Shown: in pieces, positions 29,294 through 39,907 of the stretch | How the letters are laid out: each line of letters opens with the position of its first letter | How positions within the stretch are numbered: position 1 is the first letter of the stretch | Assembly (NCBI GenBank): GCA_963674595.2 | Contig: CAXXFV010000016.1 | Location: 384,001 to 448,000 of the forward strand | Direction: 5' to 3' | Length of the DNA stretch: 64,000 nt | Origin: a bacterium | Lineage (GTDB): Bacteria > Zhuqueibacterota > Zhuqueibacteria > Residuimicrobiales > Krinioviventaceae | Translations under genes and position numbers: made by a program | The notes under the pieces: model-generated | Told to the model about the DNA's origin: nothing | The model's database searches: none | What the model saw: the letters and a program-made list of their open reading frames with translations, nothing else

Positions 29294-29527
29294 TTGCTTG
29301 ACATAGAATTTGAAAATGAAAATAAAGATATGGACGAAAACGTTAAAAAGGACCCGGTTCATGAAATACGTTCCATAACGCATGGACTGCTGGGGTATTT
29401 GGATATTTTTCTGGCTGAAATATACCCAAACCTGGAACCCAAAGATGTTGAACTCCTCGGGAAAATATATATCCACGTTAAGCGTTTGTCCTATTTAGTT
29501 TCAGAAAACCTGGGGAATAAAGAATAA
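29294..29527 (+). CDS. Small stand-alone HisKA/DHp-like protein
   Basis: HEIRSITHGLLGYLDI...ELLGKIYIHVKRLSYLV resembles a two-helix DHp. AGGAG lies before TTG 29294; alternative ATG at 29330. Confidence 0.55.
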   Translation: MLDIEFENENKDMDENVKKDPVHEIRSITHGLLGYLDIFLAEIYPNLEPKDVELLGKIYIHVKRLSYLVSENLGNKE

Positions 29528-29581
29528 ACGTCTGCACTGAACTGTTTATACATGTATAATATAAGTATCTGTTGATGATGA

Positions 29582-32500
29582 TTGTATTTAGGAGTGATGA
29601 TGCTTATCCGGAACAAAATTCTCTTTTGTTTTATAATTGTTGTATTTGTACTTGTCGGTTCTTTGTTTGCTGCATCGGAGCAAGGTGTTACTATTGATGT
29701 TTTGCAGTCATCCGACAGCGTATTAAAATGTAAAGTACGGATTGATTCTGTTGTTTATCGTCAGGAACTGATAGATAAACAGTGGTTTTCTGTTTTAGAT
29801 ATTCCCGGCTGTGCTTTTTTATCGGAAACCGGCGTTCCAAAACTTCCGGTAAAAAGTATGACATTTGCCATTCCTGAAGGCAAAACGGCCCGGTTAACGG
29901 TTTTGGATCAAAATGTTATTAATAAAAATGATATATTGCTGCCGCCGGTACAGTCTCTTGCCCCCAAAACGTCTCCGATCAAGGATTTCACAATTACGAC
30001 TGGTAATTGGTTTCCCCAAAAAACCATCAACATCGGAATGACCGGATATGTTCGCGAACAGCATATCCTTCAGGTAGAGTTTTTCCCGGTCCGATATCTG
30101 GCTGATGCAAAATTGGTCCAGATCATCAAGAGCATAACTTTTCAAATTGATTTCATCGATTCCAACAGCGATTCTAAAAAATCAATTACCCGGGATGCGC
30201 AGTTTAATTCTATTTTAAAACATAATCTGGCAAATTTTTCAGCTACCTCAAAAAGCAGCAAGCTGCTTTCATCTCCTTTGAAAACGTTTAAAACATCTGA
30301 TGTGTCCGGTGTTAAATATAAAATTTCTATAAAAACAGACGGCGTTTATGTTATTACCGGGCAGCAGCTTGCTGATGCCGGTGCTGATTTAGCGCAAATT
30401 TCCCCTTCATTATTATCGCTCGCTAATAAAGGTATACATGTCCCGATTATTGTGGAAGGTGATGGTGACGGCACCTTTGACAAAGAAGACCGTATTCTGT
30501 TTTACGGTGAACACAACCGTGGCGACGATTCCTATTATTCTTATTTTTCAGATACAAATGTTTACTGGCTTTCCTGGGACGGCACGCCGGGTGCACGCTT
30601 TGCCGACGTAACTGCTGCGGCAGATGAGGCTGTTCAGGATACTATAACCTATGCAAAAACTAAAGAACATCGTGAAAACGATTTAAGGTATGATCAGTTA
30701 TTATCCTGGGCTGATGGCGAAGGCGACCATTGGTTTTGGCAGCAAATCCAGGACGGACAGGATTATAGTTTCAATTTACCGGGTGGAACACATCTCGGTG
30801 ATCATCCGGTTCGGGTTCGTATCGGCTTAAATGGTCTTACAAATCCAACAGTTTCACCAGATCATCATTTGATTGTAAAACTGGACGAGGAGGAGATCGG
30901 TAATGTCTATTGGGACAACCAGGAAAGTTATATCTTTGATTCCGGGTATATAAATAGTGCAAATTTGCAGGAAAAGGAACAGCTGGTTTTATCCATTCCG
31001 GGAGATATTGCGGGTGCCGCTAATGATCACATGTTGTTGAACTGGATAGAATTTGAATTAACCAGTGAGCTGGCGGCAGAAGACGATTTTCTTTCATTTA
31101 TACACACCGGCTATGTGGCAAGTATGTATAAAATGACCAATTTCAGTGATGATAAGGTTTATCTCTTGTCCCCTGATGGTTATCGTTATACAGACGTCTC
31201 GTTTGAAAATGAAAAAGGTGTCTATTCGTTTTATTTTAAAATTCGCTCTAATCTTGATATTCCGCTTGTTGCCGTTTCTGAACGACGGCTAAAATCTGTT
31301 TCTTCTATTCAAAAAGTTGAAATGTCTAATTTAAAAAGTACGTCGAATGGTGCTGATTATATTATTATCACCCATCCGGATTTTGAAAAGCAGGCACAGG
31401 AATTGGCCGATTTTCGTGCTACCCAAAATTTGAGGACAAAGGTTGTAGATATTTACGATATTTATAACGAATTTTCTTTTGGAAACTATGATCCCCGGGC
31501 GGTTAAATATTTTATTAAATATGCTTATGAAAACTGGACATCTCCGGCCCCGTTATATATTTTGTTGTTTGGAGATACGTCCCGATACATGGATAAAAAT
31601 CCTTCTACAGAAGAAGGTTTTAAATCCTATGTTCCGACAATGATGGTATATACTGTCACATGGGGTATGACATCCAGTGATAATTATTTTGCTGCCGTCA
31701 GCGGTTCGGATGATCTCCCGGATTTGCATATTGGCCGTTTTCCTGCTAATACGGCAGAAGAAGCCCAGGCAATGGTGGATAAAACAATCAGCCATGAAAA
31801 ACAACAGGCCATTGATAGCTGGCGCCGTAATGTTTGTTTATTAACAGGAAATGGCGAGTTTTTTGAAACAAGCGCCCAATATTTATATGATTATTATATT
31901 CCTCAATACATGGTGACAAACAGGGTCGCTACCTTACCATCTTCGCGTTATTTTGGAAGCACAGAAAACGTAGCCGATTATTTAAACGCTGGTCAGGCTG
32001 TTTTAAATTTTATCGGCCACGGCGGTGGCGGTGTTTATTTTGATTCGGAATTGTTCCTGCCTGAAGATGTGGAACGTTTGACCAACAAGGATAAATATCC
32101 TGTTGTATTTAGTATGACATGTTTTACCGGGTCTTTTGCAAACCCGGAGGAACAGTCGTTGGCAGAAATTTTACTGCGTTCTCCTGATAAAGGTGTTGTC
32201 GCTCATTTTGGTTCCGCTGGTCGGGCATATCTTTATGGTGATTACTTTTTAAACAATGCGCTTTTTCAGGCACTGTTTGATTATAAAATGCAAACAGTCG
32301 GCGAGGTTTGCACCTATGGTAAAATAGAAATGGTCAATCAGACCAAAAGTTATTATGATCATGTAAAAAATTATATTCTTATGGGTGATCCGGCAACACG
32401 TTTTCATTTTGCACCTGATGAAATTAATTTAACGCTTTCAAAAAATATTGTTATCGACGGCGACAAGCTCATGGTAACAGGAACTATTCCCGGCTCTGTG

Positions 32501-34411
32501 AACGGAAATGTTCTTTTGAGTGTTTATAATAACCTTGATTCACTGTTGGTGGAAAAAAGCGTCACTGCTTCCAATGGTACCTTTTCTGTTGAAGTGTTGA
32601 CTGTTGATGCCGGTTTTAGAAACGGTTGGAAAACCGGCCATGGACAGGGTATTGTCAGGGCATATTTTAACAACGATCAGTCAGATGCAGCCGGTTCTGT
32701 CTCATTTAGTTTAAATGAAGCCTTTTTGTCAAAATATTATACAACTCCGGCCGGCCCCAGCCATAATGAAGAGGTCATGTTTTTTGCAGAACTTGATCCG
32801 GAAAATCATGCTGATGTCGGTGGTTTAGATTCCGTTTATGTCAAATGGACCACAAATAACCAGGACTGGATTAAAATAAGCATGACCGAAACATCGGGAG
32901 GAATTTGGAAATCCGATTCATCTTTGGTTAAAGCAGAGGGAACAAGAGTTTTTTACCAGATCATTGTTAAAGCTAAAAATGGTACTGTTTTTGAAAGCGC
33001 TGTGTCAGAATATATGGTAAAAAAACGTGCTGATTTAACGTTTGTGCGAGATAGTATTTTTATTGTCGGTTCAGATAATGTCAGAATTGCTTTAAAAATC
33101 AGGAATAAAGGCGAAACAGATTGTGGGGCGTTTGCCGTTCGTGCCAGCATCAAGTCAGAAACGGATGAACCGCAACCGATTTCTTCGGACGTTAATGTCG
33201 CCGGTTTAAAGGCCTTATCAGATACATTGATTCAGGTAGACTGGCCGGCCGCAACAGCCGGGTATAATGAGTTTATGGCGCAAGTGGATGTTTTGGGCCA
33301 GGTCGATGAATCGGCTGAGCTGAACAATATGGTGGATTTTAATCTCAATGTTGTAACTAAAGAAAATGGCACAAACGGTATTGTAACAGATTTAAAAAAT
33401 AATTTTCAGGTAGAAATTCCTCAAAACAGTTTTAATAAAAATATCTCTGTTAAATTTGAACGAATGGAGAATGATCAATATTTAAAAACCGCACGACAAT
33501 TATCTTTAACACCTGTTCGGTTTCGAAACGAAACCTATTGGACGGTTTACCGTATTCAGTTTTCCGATTCTACAATTAAAAGTACGAAACCGTTCAAGGT
33601 AACGGCATATTTTGATAAACTGGACAGTGCTTATATTAATTTATCTGATCCGGGAAATGCGTTCAAGATTTTTGCCTGGCAAGAGAGTACGGAAACATGG
33701 TTGGGGCTCGCAAGTCAAGTCAACCTTGCAGATGGCAGCGTTGCCGCTAATTTGCCACAGGAGTACAGTGTTTTTACGGTTATGGCGAGCAATGATGGGA
33801 ATGCCCCAATAATCAGCATCGGCTTGGAAGGACAGCATCTGGCTGATAATGATATTGTGAGTCCCCGACCTGTTTTTGTCATTACTTTTCAGGATTCTTC
33901 CGGATTTAATTTGGGAAATTCACCATTTACTTTGTTCATGGATGACGAGCAAATTTCTGATGACCAGTTTGTATTGTCCTATGATCAACAAACAAAAAAC
34001 CAGGTTGTTCTGACTTTTAAAAGTGAACTCGAATATGGTGATCATGAAATTACTGTCCGGGCTGTGGATATTCATGGTAATTCGTCTGAACAGTCTGTTG
34101 CTTTTTCCATTTCCGGTGAATTTAAATTGGCAGCTATTGCCAACCATCCCAATCCTTTTGCTGATGAAACCGTCATCGCTTTTACGTTGACAGGAATGGC
34201 AAAAGAAGTAAAACTAGATATCTATACCGTTTCCGGAAGAATGATCCGTTCTTATGAATTTATTGATATTTCCGGATATTGGGAGCAGGACTGGGACGGA
34301 AGAGATGAAGATGGTAATGAAGTTGCAAACGGCGTTTATTATTTAAAATTTGTTGCAAAAAATGACTCAAAAACTATTGAACAAATTGAAAAAATGGCCA
34401 AGCTGAAATAG
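29582..34411 (+). CDS. Peptidase C25 (gingipain/PorU-like) with propeptide, CARDB and FlgD-Ig C-terminal domain
   Basis: Propeptide GVPKLP; ADYIIITH, YILLFGD, SDNYF, IGRFP, catalytic-type FIGHGG and SMTC, YILMGDP; C-terminal NHPNPF...WDGRD...NGVY. Confidence 0.88.
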   Translation: MYLGVMMLIRNKILFCFIIVVFVLVGSLFAASEQGVTIDVLQSSDSVLKCKVRIDSVVYRQELIDKQWFSVLDIPGCAFLSETGVPKLPVKSMTFAIPEGKTARLTVLDQNVINKNDILLPPVQSLAPKTSPIKDFTITTGNWFPQKTINIGMTGYVREQHILQVEFFPVRYLADAKLVQIIKSITFQIDFIDSNSDSKKSITRDAQFNSILKHNLANFSATSKSSKLLSSPLKTFKTSDVSGVKYKISIKTDGVYVITGQQLADAGADLAQISPSLLSLANKGIHVPIIVEGDGDGTFDKEDRILFYGEHNRGDDSYYSYFSDTNVYWLSWDGTPGARFADVTAAADEAVQDTITYAKTKEHRENDLRYDQLLSWADGEGDHWFWQQIQDGQDYSFNLPGGTHLGDHPVRVRIGLNGLTNPTVSPDHHLIVKLDEEEIGNVYWDNQESYIFDSGYINSANLQEKEQLVLSIPGDIAGAANDHMLLNWIEFELTSELAAEDDFLSFIHTGYVASMYKMTNFSDDKVYLLSPDGYRYTDVSFENEKGVYSFYFKIRSNLDIPLVAVSERRLKSVSSIQKVEMSNLKSTSNGADYIIITHPDFEKQAQELADFRATQNLRTKVVDIYDIYNEFSFGNYDPRAVKYFIKYAYENWTSPAPLYILLFGDTSRYMDKNPSTEEGFKSYVPTMMVYTVTWGMTSSDNYFAAVSGSDDLPDLHIGRFPANTAEEAQAMVDKTISHEKQQAIDSWRRNVCLLTGNGEFFETSAQYLYDYYIPQYMVTNRVATLPSSRYFGSTENVADYLNAGQAVLNFIGHGGGGVYFDSELFLPEDVERLTNKDKYPVVFSMTCFTGSFANPEEQSLAEILLRSPDKGVVAHFGSAGRAYLYGDYFLNNALFQALFDYKMQTVGEVCTYGKIEMVNQTKSYYDHVKNYILMGDPATRFHFAPDEINLTLSKNIVIDGDKLMVTGTIPGSVNGNVLLSVYNNLDSLLVEKSVTASNGTFSVEVLTVDAGFRNGWKTGHGQGIVRAYFNNDQSDAAGSVSFSLNEAFLSKYYTTPAGPSHNEEVMFFAELDPENHADVGGLDSVYVKWTTNNQDWIKISMTETSGGIWKSDSSLVKAEGTRVFYQIIVKAKNGTVFESAVSEYMVKKRADLTFVRDSIFIVGSDNVRIALKIRNKGETDCGAFAVRASIKSETDEPQPISSDVNVAGLKALSDTLIQVDWPAATAGYNEFMAQVDVLGQVDESAELNNMVDFNLNVVTKENGTNGIVTDLKNNFQVEIPQNSFNKNISVKFERMENDQYLKTARQLSLTPVRFRNETYWTVYRIQFSDSTIKSTKPFKVTAYFDKLDSAYINLSDPGNAFKIFAWQESTETWLGLASQVNLADGSVAANLPQEYSVFTVMASNDGNAPIISIGLEGQHLADNDIVSPRPVFVITFQDSSGFNLGNSPFTLFMDDEQISDDQFVLSYDQQTKNQVVLTFKSELEYGDHEITVRAVDIHGNSSEQSVAFSISGEFKLAAIANHPNPFADETVIAFTLTGMAKEVKLDIYTVSGRMIRSYEFIDISGYWEQDWDGRDEDGNEVANGVYYLKFVAKNDSKTIEQIEKMAKLK

Positions 34412-34420
34412 GAGTGATGT

Positions 34421-35458
34421 GTGGATAACAGGGTTATAAATAGATTATATTTGAAAATATGTTGTTGCTTTCTGATTTTTCTTTTAATTCTGCCTAAAAA
34501 ATCTATAGGTGGTGAATATGCGGCTGACTTTTTGAATATCGGGGTTGGGGCCCGTGCTTTGGGAATGGGCGGCGCTTTTGTTGCATTGGCAAATGATGCA
34601 TCCGCTTTTTACTGGAATCCGGCCGGTATGACCTGGATAAAAAAAATGTCGTTTCATTTTGATCATACACCCATGTTTGACGGATTGGCACAATATAACA
34701 CTCTTAACGCTACCATGGGGATAGACCAGCACATGGCTTTTGCCGTCAGTTGGATTCGTCTCGGTGTTGATGAAATCCCGAGATATTCTTCACTCCAGGG
34801 AACACGATATGATCGTTATACCAATAATCAATATCGGTCTACCGGGGAGGCAGAAGGCTATTTTAATGATACGGAAGATGCGGTGATGGTATCTTTTAGC
34901 CGCACAGAGTTTTTTGATGTTTATTGGGGCGGCGGATTTGAACCTCGAAAAATTCCCTTTGAAATTGCCTTTGGTGTAACAGGGAAATATATCCGCCACC
35001 GGCTGGATGCATCGACCGGAACAGGACAGGGGATTGATGCCGGTGTTATTATCCGGACATTTCATGAAAATGTTGTTTACGGCGAACCGGAAATGTGGGC
35101 CGGTGTTGGCTTGTCGATTAAAGACCTTTCACGTACCCGGATTGTTTGGGATACAGCTTCCAATCATAAAGATGATGTAAAAACCGGAGCACAACTTGGT
35201 TTCACCGGTTCGAAATATTTTTCGCGTTTAAAATCCAGAACAACATTATCTGTTGACCGTGAATTTGGCAAATTTGAAGAATGGCATTTTGGTGCAGAGT
35301 TGCTAGTTTATAACACGGTTGCCGTAAGAGGTGGTTATTATAATGATGAAATGACAGCTGGTGCCGGAATTTCACTGTTTGGTTTTACCATCGACTATGC
35401 CTTTGTTCCCGGTGATCTTGCCAATACACATCGTGTTTCGGGTGCTTTTTCCTTTTAG
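34421..35458 (+). CDS. PorV/PorQ-family (FadL-like) outer-membrane barrel
   Basis: FLNIGVGARALGMGGAFVALANDASAFYWNPAG; C-terminal THRVSGAFSF. Confidence 0.88.
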   Translation: MDNRVINRLYLKICCCFLIFLLILPKKSIGGEYAADFLNIGVGARALGMGGAFVALANDASAFYWNPAGMTWIKKMSFHFDHTPMFDGLAQYNTLNATMGIDQHMAFAVSWIRLGVDEIPRYSSLQGTRYDRYTNNQYRSTGEAEGYFNDTEDAVMVSFSRTEFFDVYWGGGFEPRKIPFEIAFGVTGKYIRHRLDASTGTGQGIDAGVIIRTFHENVVYGEPEMWAGVGLSIKDLSRTRIVWDTASNHKDDVKTGAQLGFTGSKYFSRLKSRTTLSVDREFGKFEEWHFGAELLVYNTVAVRGGYYNDEMTAGAGISLFGFTIDYAFVPGDLANTHRVSGAFSF

Positions 35459-35630
35459 TAAATTTATTGTAATGTTCAAGTATATTAATATTCCCGGACA
35501 AACCATTATAGACCCCGATATTGAAAAATTAGATAGGCCATAAATTCCTTTGCCTCCCAAACGGAAATTGTTTCTGTTACAATGTTTTACATGAATCTTT
35601 GTTTTAAAAATCTTCATTATTAAAAAACAT

Positions 35631-35674
35631 TTGATCTTTATGAAAAATTTTTTTAGTATTGATTATCGATAATC
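35631..35674 (+). promoter_or_regulatory. Sigma70-like promoter followed by a perfect palindromic operator candidate
   Basis: TTGATC-N17-TAGTAT, then GATTATCGATAATC (35661-35674). Confidence 0.45.
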
Positions 35675-35989
35675 GTTTTCATTTTAGTTCGTTTTTATAA
35701 TTGTAAAAGATTAATTTAAATTACAGAAAGGTTGGAAAAAGAAAACCTACTAAAATATTTACTAAAAGATTGTTTATTAGCGTCAAGCAGATCGCTTCTC
35801 CTTTAATGTCCTTGATATGCCTTTATTACTAACCTCCAATTTGATAATTTTAATTTCCTATTTAACATAACGTGAAACATAATATCAACTCTTTTGATTA
35901 AAAATTTACGATCCTTTTAATGATGGATTTTTATAAAGATTTAAAATGGTGCAAAAAACTAAATTTTATACACGGAAGGAAGTAAAATA

Positions 35990-37438
35990 ATGAAAGCCAG
36001 AATAATTTTGATTGGAATTTTTGGTTTTGTCTTTTGTCTCTTTGGTCAAATGTTTTTTTGTAAACACAAAGATTCAAATCAAGAAAAATATTCTCTAGCA
36101 AATTCGGATGAGTTTTTATTACTGGATTCTCGCATTATCGATAAAACGGAAAATGCGAAATTAGGATTGGGAACAGTTTATAAAGATTCCCGAAATCCGC
36201 TATTTAAAGAGGATAAACCCTGGGAAATGCGTTTTGATAATTTATACCCGAATATATTGTATGATAAAGAAGAGAAGAAGTTTAAATGCTGGTATTCTCC
36301 TTTTATTATTGATCCGGGTACTATGAAAGTACCACTGGACCAAAGGGATTCGGTGAAATACCCGGCAAAGCGAATGGGTAAAAGAGAAATGGGCGTTTGC
36401 TATGCTGTGTCGGATGATGGAATAAATTGGGAAAAGCCGAACCTGGGCATTATAGAGTATGATGGAAGCACGAAGAACAACCTGGTTATGCGTGAGGCTC
36501 ATGGTGCTGGTGTATTCAAAGATTTTCATGCATCTGATCCTAATCAACGTTATAAAATGATATTCAGAAAAGAAAAATTGTCGGTTGCGTTTTCGTCCGA
36601 TGGTTTGCATTGGAGTGAACCGTATGAATGTGAAGGACTGAATGTTAGAGGAGATACACATAATAATGCGTTTTGGGCACCTACTTTAAACAAATATGTT
36701 GGTATTACCCGAACGTGGGAAAGAAAAAAAGATTACAAGGTCCGTCAGGTTGCGTGGACCAGCTCATCTGATTTTATGTCATGGACAGAGGCTAAGGTAG
36801 TCTTGGAAGGACTGGACCGCTATTTACAGGTTTATGCATTGCCTGTCTTTTTTTACAAAGGTGTATATCTTGGATTAGCTACAATTTTTAATAAAAAAAC
36901 AGACCGCACCTGGACGGAACTGGCCTGGAGTCCCGATACTTCCACCTGGTACCGAATTTGTCCCGGAACTCCGTTTATTCCGAACTCGACTGAGCCGGGA
37001 GATTATGATTGGGGATGTGTTTATGCTGCTGCTTGTCCTGTTTTTCAAAAAGACAAAATTCTTCTATACTACGGCGGAAGTGATGGGCCACATACAAATT
37101 GGAGAAAGGGTTATCTTTGTTTGGCTTCTTTAAGAAAAGATGGATTTGCCGGTTATGAACAAATTGAAACAGGTAAACCGGCTGTCATAATCACTAGTCC
37201 CTTAAAATGTAAGGGTAGAACAATTTCGCTCAATGCGGATGTTTTCGACAATGGTCAGATTTTAGTTACAGTGCTTGATACATCGAAAAACGTTATATCT
37301 AAAGCAAAACCCATTCGGTCGACTGTAACAGATGAAAAACTCATGTGGACAGATTCGTTCTCATGTAATAATCAAAATGAAATTATATTCAAGTTCGAAT
37401 TGTACAATGCGAGACTTTATTCTATTAAAATGAATTAA
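35990..37438 (+). CDS. Secreted five-bladed beta-propeller glycoside-hydrolase-like protein
   Basis: Signal-like N-terminus; CYAVSDDGINWEKP, AFSSDGLHW, LYYGG and LRKDGF. Confidence 0.7.
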   Translation: MKARIILIGIFGFVFCLFGQMFFCKHKDSNQEKYSLANSDEFLLLDSRIIDKTENAKLGLGTVYKDSRNPLFKEDKPWEMRFDNLYPNILYDKEEKKFKCWYSPFIIDPGTMKVPLDQRDSVKYPAKRMGKREMGVCYAVSDDGINWEKPNLGIIEYDGSTKNNLVMREAHGAGVFKDFHASDPNQRYKMIFRKEKLSVAFSSDGLHWSEPYECEGLNVRGDTHNNAFWAPTLNKYVGITRTWERKKDYKVRQVAWTSSSDFMSWTEAKVVLEGLDRYLQVYALPVFFYKGVYLGLATIFNKKTDRTWTELAWSPDTSTWYRICPGTPFIPNSTEPGDYDWGCVYAAACPVFQKDKILLYYGGSDGPHTNWRKGYLCLASLRKDGFAGYEQIETGKPAVIITSPLKCKGRTISLNADVFDNGQILVTVLDTSKNVISKAKPIRSTVTDEKLMWTDSFSCNNQNEIIFKFELYNARLYSIKMN

Positions 37439-37525
37439 TTTCATTTTTTTGCGAAAATATGTTGACAATTCTCTTTAAACCTATTATTTTACAAAGTATA
37501 AATTCATTTTTGTCGGAATAAATGT

Positions 37526-39790
37526 TTGGAGGAGGTTATGAAAAGGGTTACTGTATTACTATTTTTATTTTTTCTTCTCAGTACGGCAACATTATTTGCT
37601 CAGGGGCATAGTGAAATGATTCCAATATCGATGGCGCCGGAAAGTCAGGGTTATGCCCAGGTTGCCTATGATCCAAATTTGGATGAATATTTGGTTGTAT
37701 GGGAGGACCAGCGAAACGGAACTGATAATACCGATATTTACGGTCAGTTCGTATATGCTGATGGAACATTAAAAGGTGAGAATTTTCCGATTTGTATGGC
37801 TGAAAATCACCAGTATTGGCCACATCTTGACTTTGATATGATGACAAACAAATACTTGATTGTATTTGAAGATTGGCGTAAAGGGGGAGAAGATGGTGAT
37901 ATCCGGGGCGTTTTCATTGACAGTAATGGAGATTTTGTAGACGCACCCACATCAGACTTGGATCATACCTTTGGTATTTGTACGCATGAGAAAAATATTT
38001 ACACCTGTTCTGTTGCTTTTAATTATAAAGAATCCGTGTTTTTAGTGGTTTGGGGTGATTTTAGAAATGTCGGGGATCAAAGCTGGACGGGGGCGGATGT
38101 TTATGGACAGCTTGTAGCGGATGACGGAACGCTTTTACCGCCTCCGGATCCGGCAGATCCTGTAGAAAATTTTGCTATTGCAAATCGGCCCGAATATGAA
38201 GAGAACGTGGCTGATGTGACCTATAATGAAATGACAAATGAATTTTTTGTCGTTTTTGGAACAAGTATTGGTTATGTTTTGGGGCAGCGTGTCACTTTTG
38301 AAGGTGAGTTGCTGGAGCCGACCGGTACTATTAGTTCTCTAAACAAACAAAATTCATTTACATTTTTGCCGGCTATTCAAATTTCAGAAATGTTTAACAA
38401 TGGACCGGATTGTCTGCAAGCCAAAGTAACATCACGAACCGAATACACCAAAAGTCTTTGTAAGCGCGGTAAAGACAGCACGGAAGTCCAGGTGATTTGG
38501 AAGGGGGTTCTGGAAACAACAGTGGATAATGATATTTATGGTCAAAGGCTTTTGTTTTCTTTTCAGGACGATGTCTGGGTGATGGATTATGTTGATAAAG
38601 GAGGTGTCGTTACACGAGGCGTTTCAAACTTTCCAATCAGCATTCAGGATGGATGGGTTGGAATGCCGGATATTGCCTATGGTTCAACCGACGATGAATA
38701 CCTTGTTTCATGGGGTGATACAAGAGTCGGCTTTGTAACGGATCTTTATGCTCAACGCTTGGGTTTGACCGAGATAGATAACATGTTATTGCTGGATGAT
38801 GACCGTGTAAACGTTGTTACGGAATTTGAAAATATTCCAATAGATACATCTGACAATTTTGAAGGTAGTATATTGGGAATTGCTCATAGTAAAAAGCAAA
38901 ATCAGTTTTTAGTGGCTTTTGTTTTTAACGACGCCTCCATGGGGCGCGGTGATGATATTTATGCGCATCTATTTTACGGCACTGAACCAAGCGCTGTTTG
39001 TCAGGTCGTGGTGCAGCCCGATTCTGCTGCTTTACGTGCCGGGATGACTCAGGAATTTACCGCTCTGGCCTATGATGATCAGGGCGCACCCGTAGATGTT
39101 GTGTTGACCTGGAGTGCTGACAGCGGCACCATTGACGAAAATGGTTTGTTCACGGCTGGTGATACTGCCGGTTTATTTACAGTTACCGCCACAGCACCGG
39201 ACGGGCTGGTCTCTGGTAGTGCCAAGGTGAATGTTTTACCGATGCCTGCCACTATTACGGTAACTCCGCCAAATATTACTTTGGAACCTGGTGAAACCCA
39301 ACAATTTACTGCCACAGGTAAAACTGCTGCAGATCAGGATGTAACGCTTTATCCTGTTTGGAGTGCAGAAGGCGGAACTATCGATCAAACCGGTTTTTTT
39401 ACGGCCGGTAATGATACCGGAAATTTTACAATAACTGTAAAAGACCAGTTATGTGAAACAACCGGAACAGCGAATGTACACATTTATATTGATACGGGCG
39501 TTGACGGTAGTAACATGGGTTTGCCTACGGAATTTGCATTGATGCAAAATTATCCCAATCCCTTTAATCCGGAAACTGTAATAGAATTTAATGTAAAAGA
39601 ACCATCCCGTGTTCAATTGCAGGTTTTTAATATCCAGGGAAAACTGGTTCAGAATTTGGTAGATGAATTCATGTCATCCGGCCGGTATCAGGTTAAATTT
39701 AATGCACAACACCTGGCTTCAGGGATGTATTTTTACAAAATTCGAATGAATGATTATAAAGCCGTTAAAAAAATGATGCTTTTGGAATAA
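37526..39790 (+). CDS. Secreted protein with repeated propeller-like motifs, two Ig-like (Big_2) domains and a T9SS type-A-like CTD (start probably 37538)
   Basis: Repeated YLVVW.D.R...DIYGQ; C-terminal LMQNYPNPFNPET...SGMYFY...KKMMLLE. Confidence 0.85.
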   Translation: MEEVMKRVTVLLFLFFLLSTATLFAQGHSEMIPISMAPESQGYAQVAYDPNLDEYLVVWEDQRNGTDNTDIYGQFVYADGTLKGENFPICMAENHQYWPHLDFDMMTNKYLIVFEDWRKGGEDGDIRGVFIDSNGDFVDAPTSDLDHTFGICTHEKNIYTCSVAFNYKESVFLVVWGDFRNVGDQSWTGADVYGQLVADDGTLLPPPDPADPVENFAIANRPEYEENVADVTYNEMTNEFFVVFGTSIGYVLGQRVTFEGELLEPTGTISSLNKQNSFTFLPAIQISEMFNNGPDCLQAKVTSRTEYTKSLCKRGKDSTEVQVIWKGVLETTVDNDIYGQRLLFSFQDDVWVMDYVDKGGVVTRGVSNFPISIQDGWVGMPDIAYGSTDDEYLVSWGDTRVGFVTDLYAQRLGLTEIDNMLLLDDDRVNVVTEFENIPIDTSDNFEGSILGIAHSKKQNQFLVAFVFNDASMGRGDDIYAHLFYGTEPSAVCQVVVQPDSAALRAGMTQEFTALAYDDQGAPVDVVLTWSADSGTIDENGLFTAGDTAGLFTVTATAPDGLVSGSAKVNVLPMPATITVTPPNITLEPGETQQFTATGKTAADQDVTLYPVWSAEGGTIDQTGFFTAGNDTGNFTITVKDQLCETTGTANVHIYIDTGVDGSNMGLPTEFALMQNYPNPFNPETVIEFNVKEPSRVQLQVFNIQGKLVQNLVDEFMSSGRYQVKFNAQHLASGMYFYKIRMNDYKAVKKMMLLE

Positions 39791-39796
39791 ATTATT

Positions 39797-39827
39797 AAGC
39801 CGCATTCTTGAATGCGGCTTTTTTTTT
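39797..39827 (+). terminator. Intrinsic terminator
   Basis: AAGCCGCATTC-tt-GAATGCGGCTT running into T9. Confidence 0.88.
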
Positions 39828-39907
39828 GAGATGAAATATTCTGTTTTATGTCCCCGAATTACTCAATTGAAAACAATAAATGTGATGGGCTGTTATTCTG
39901 AAATTTT

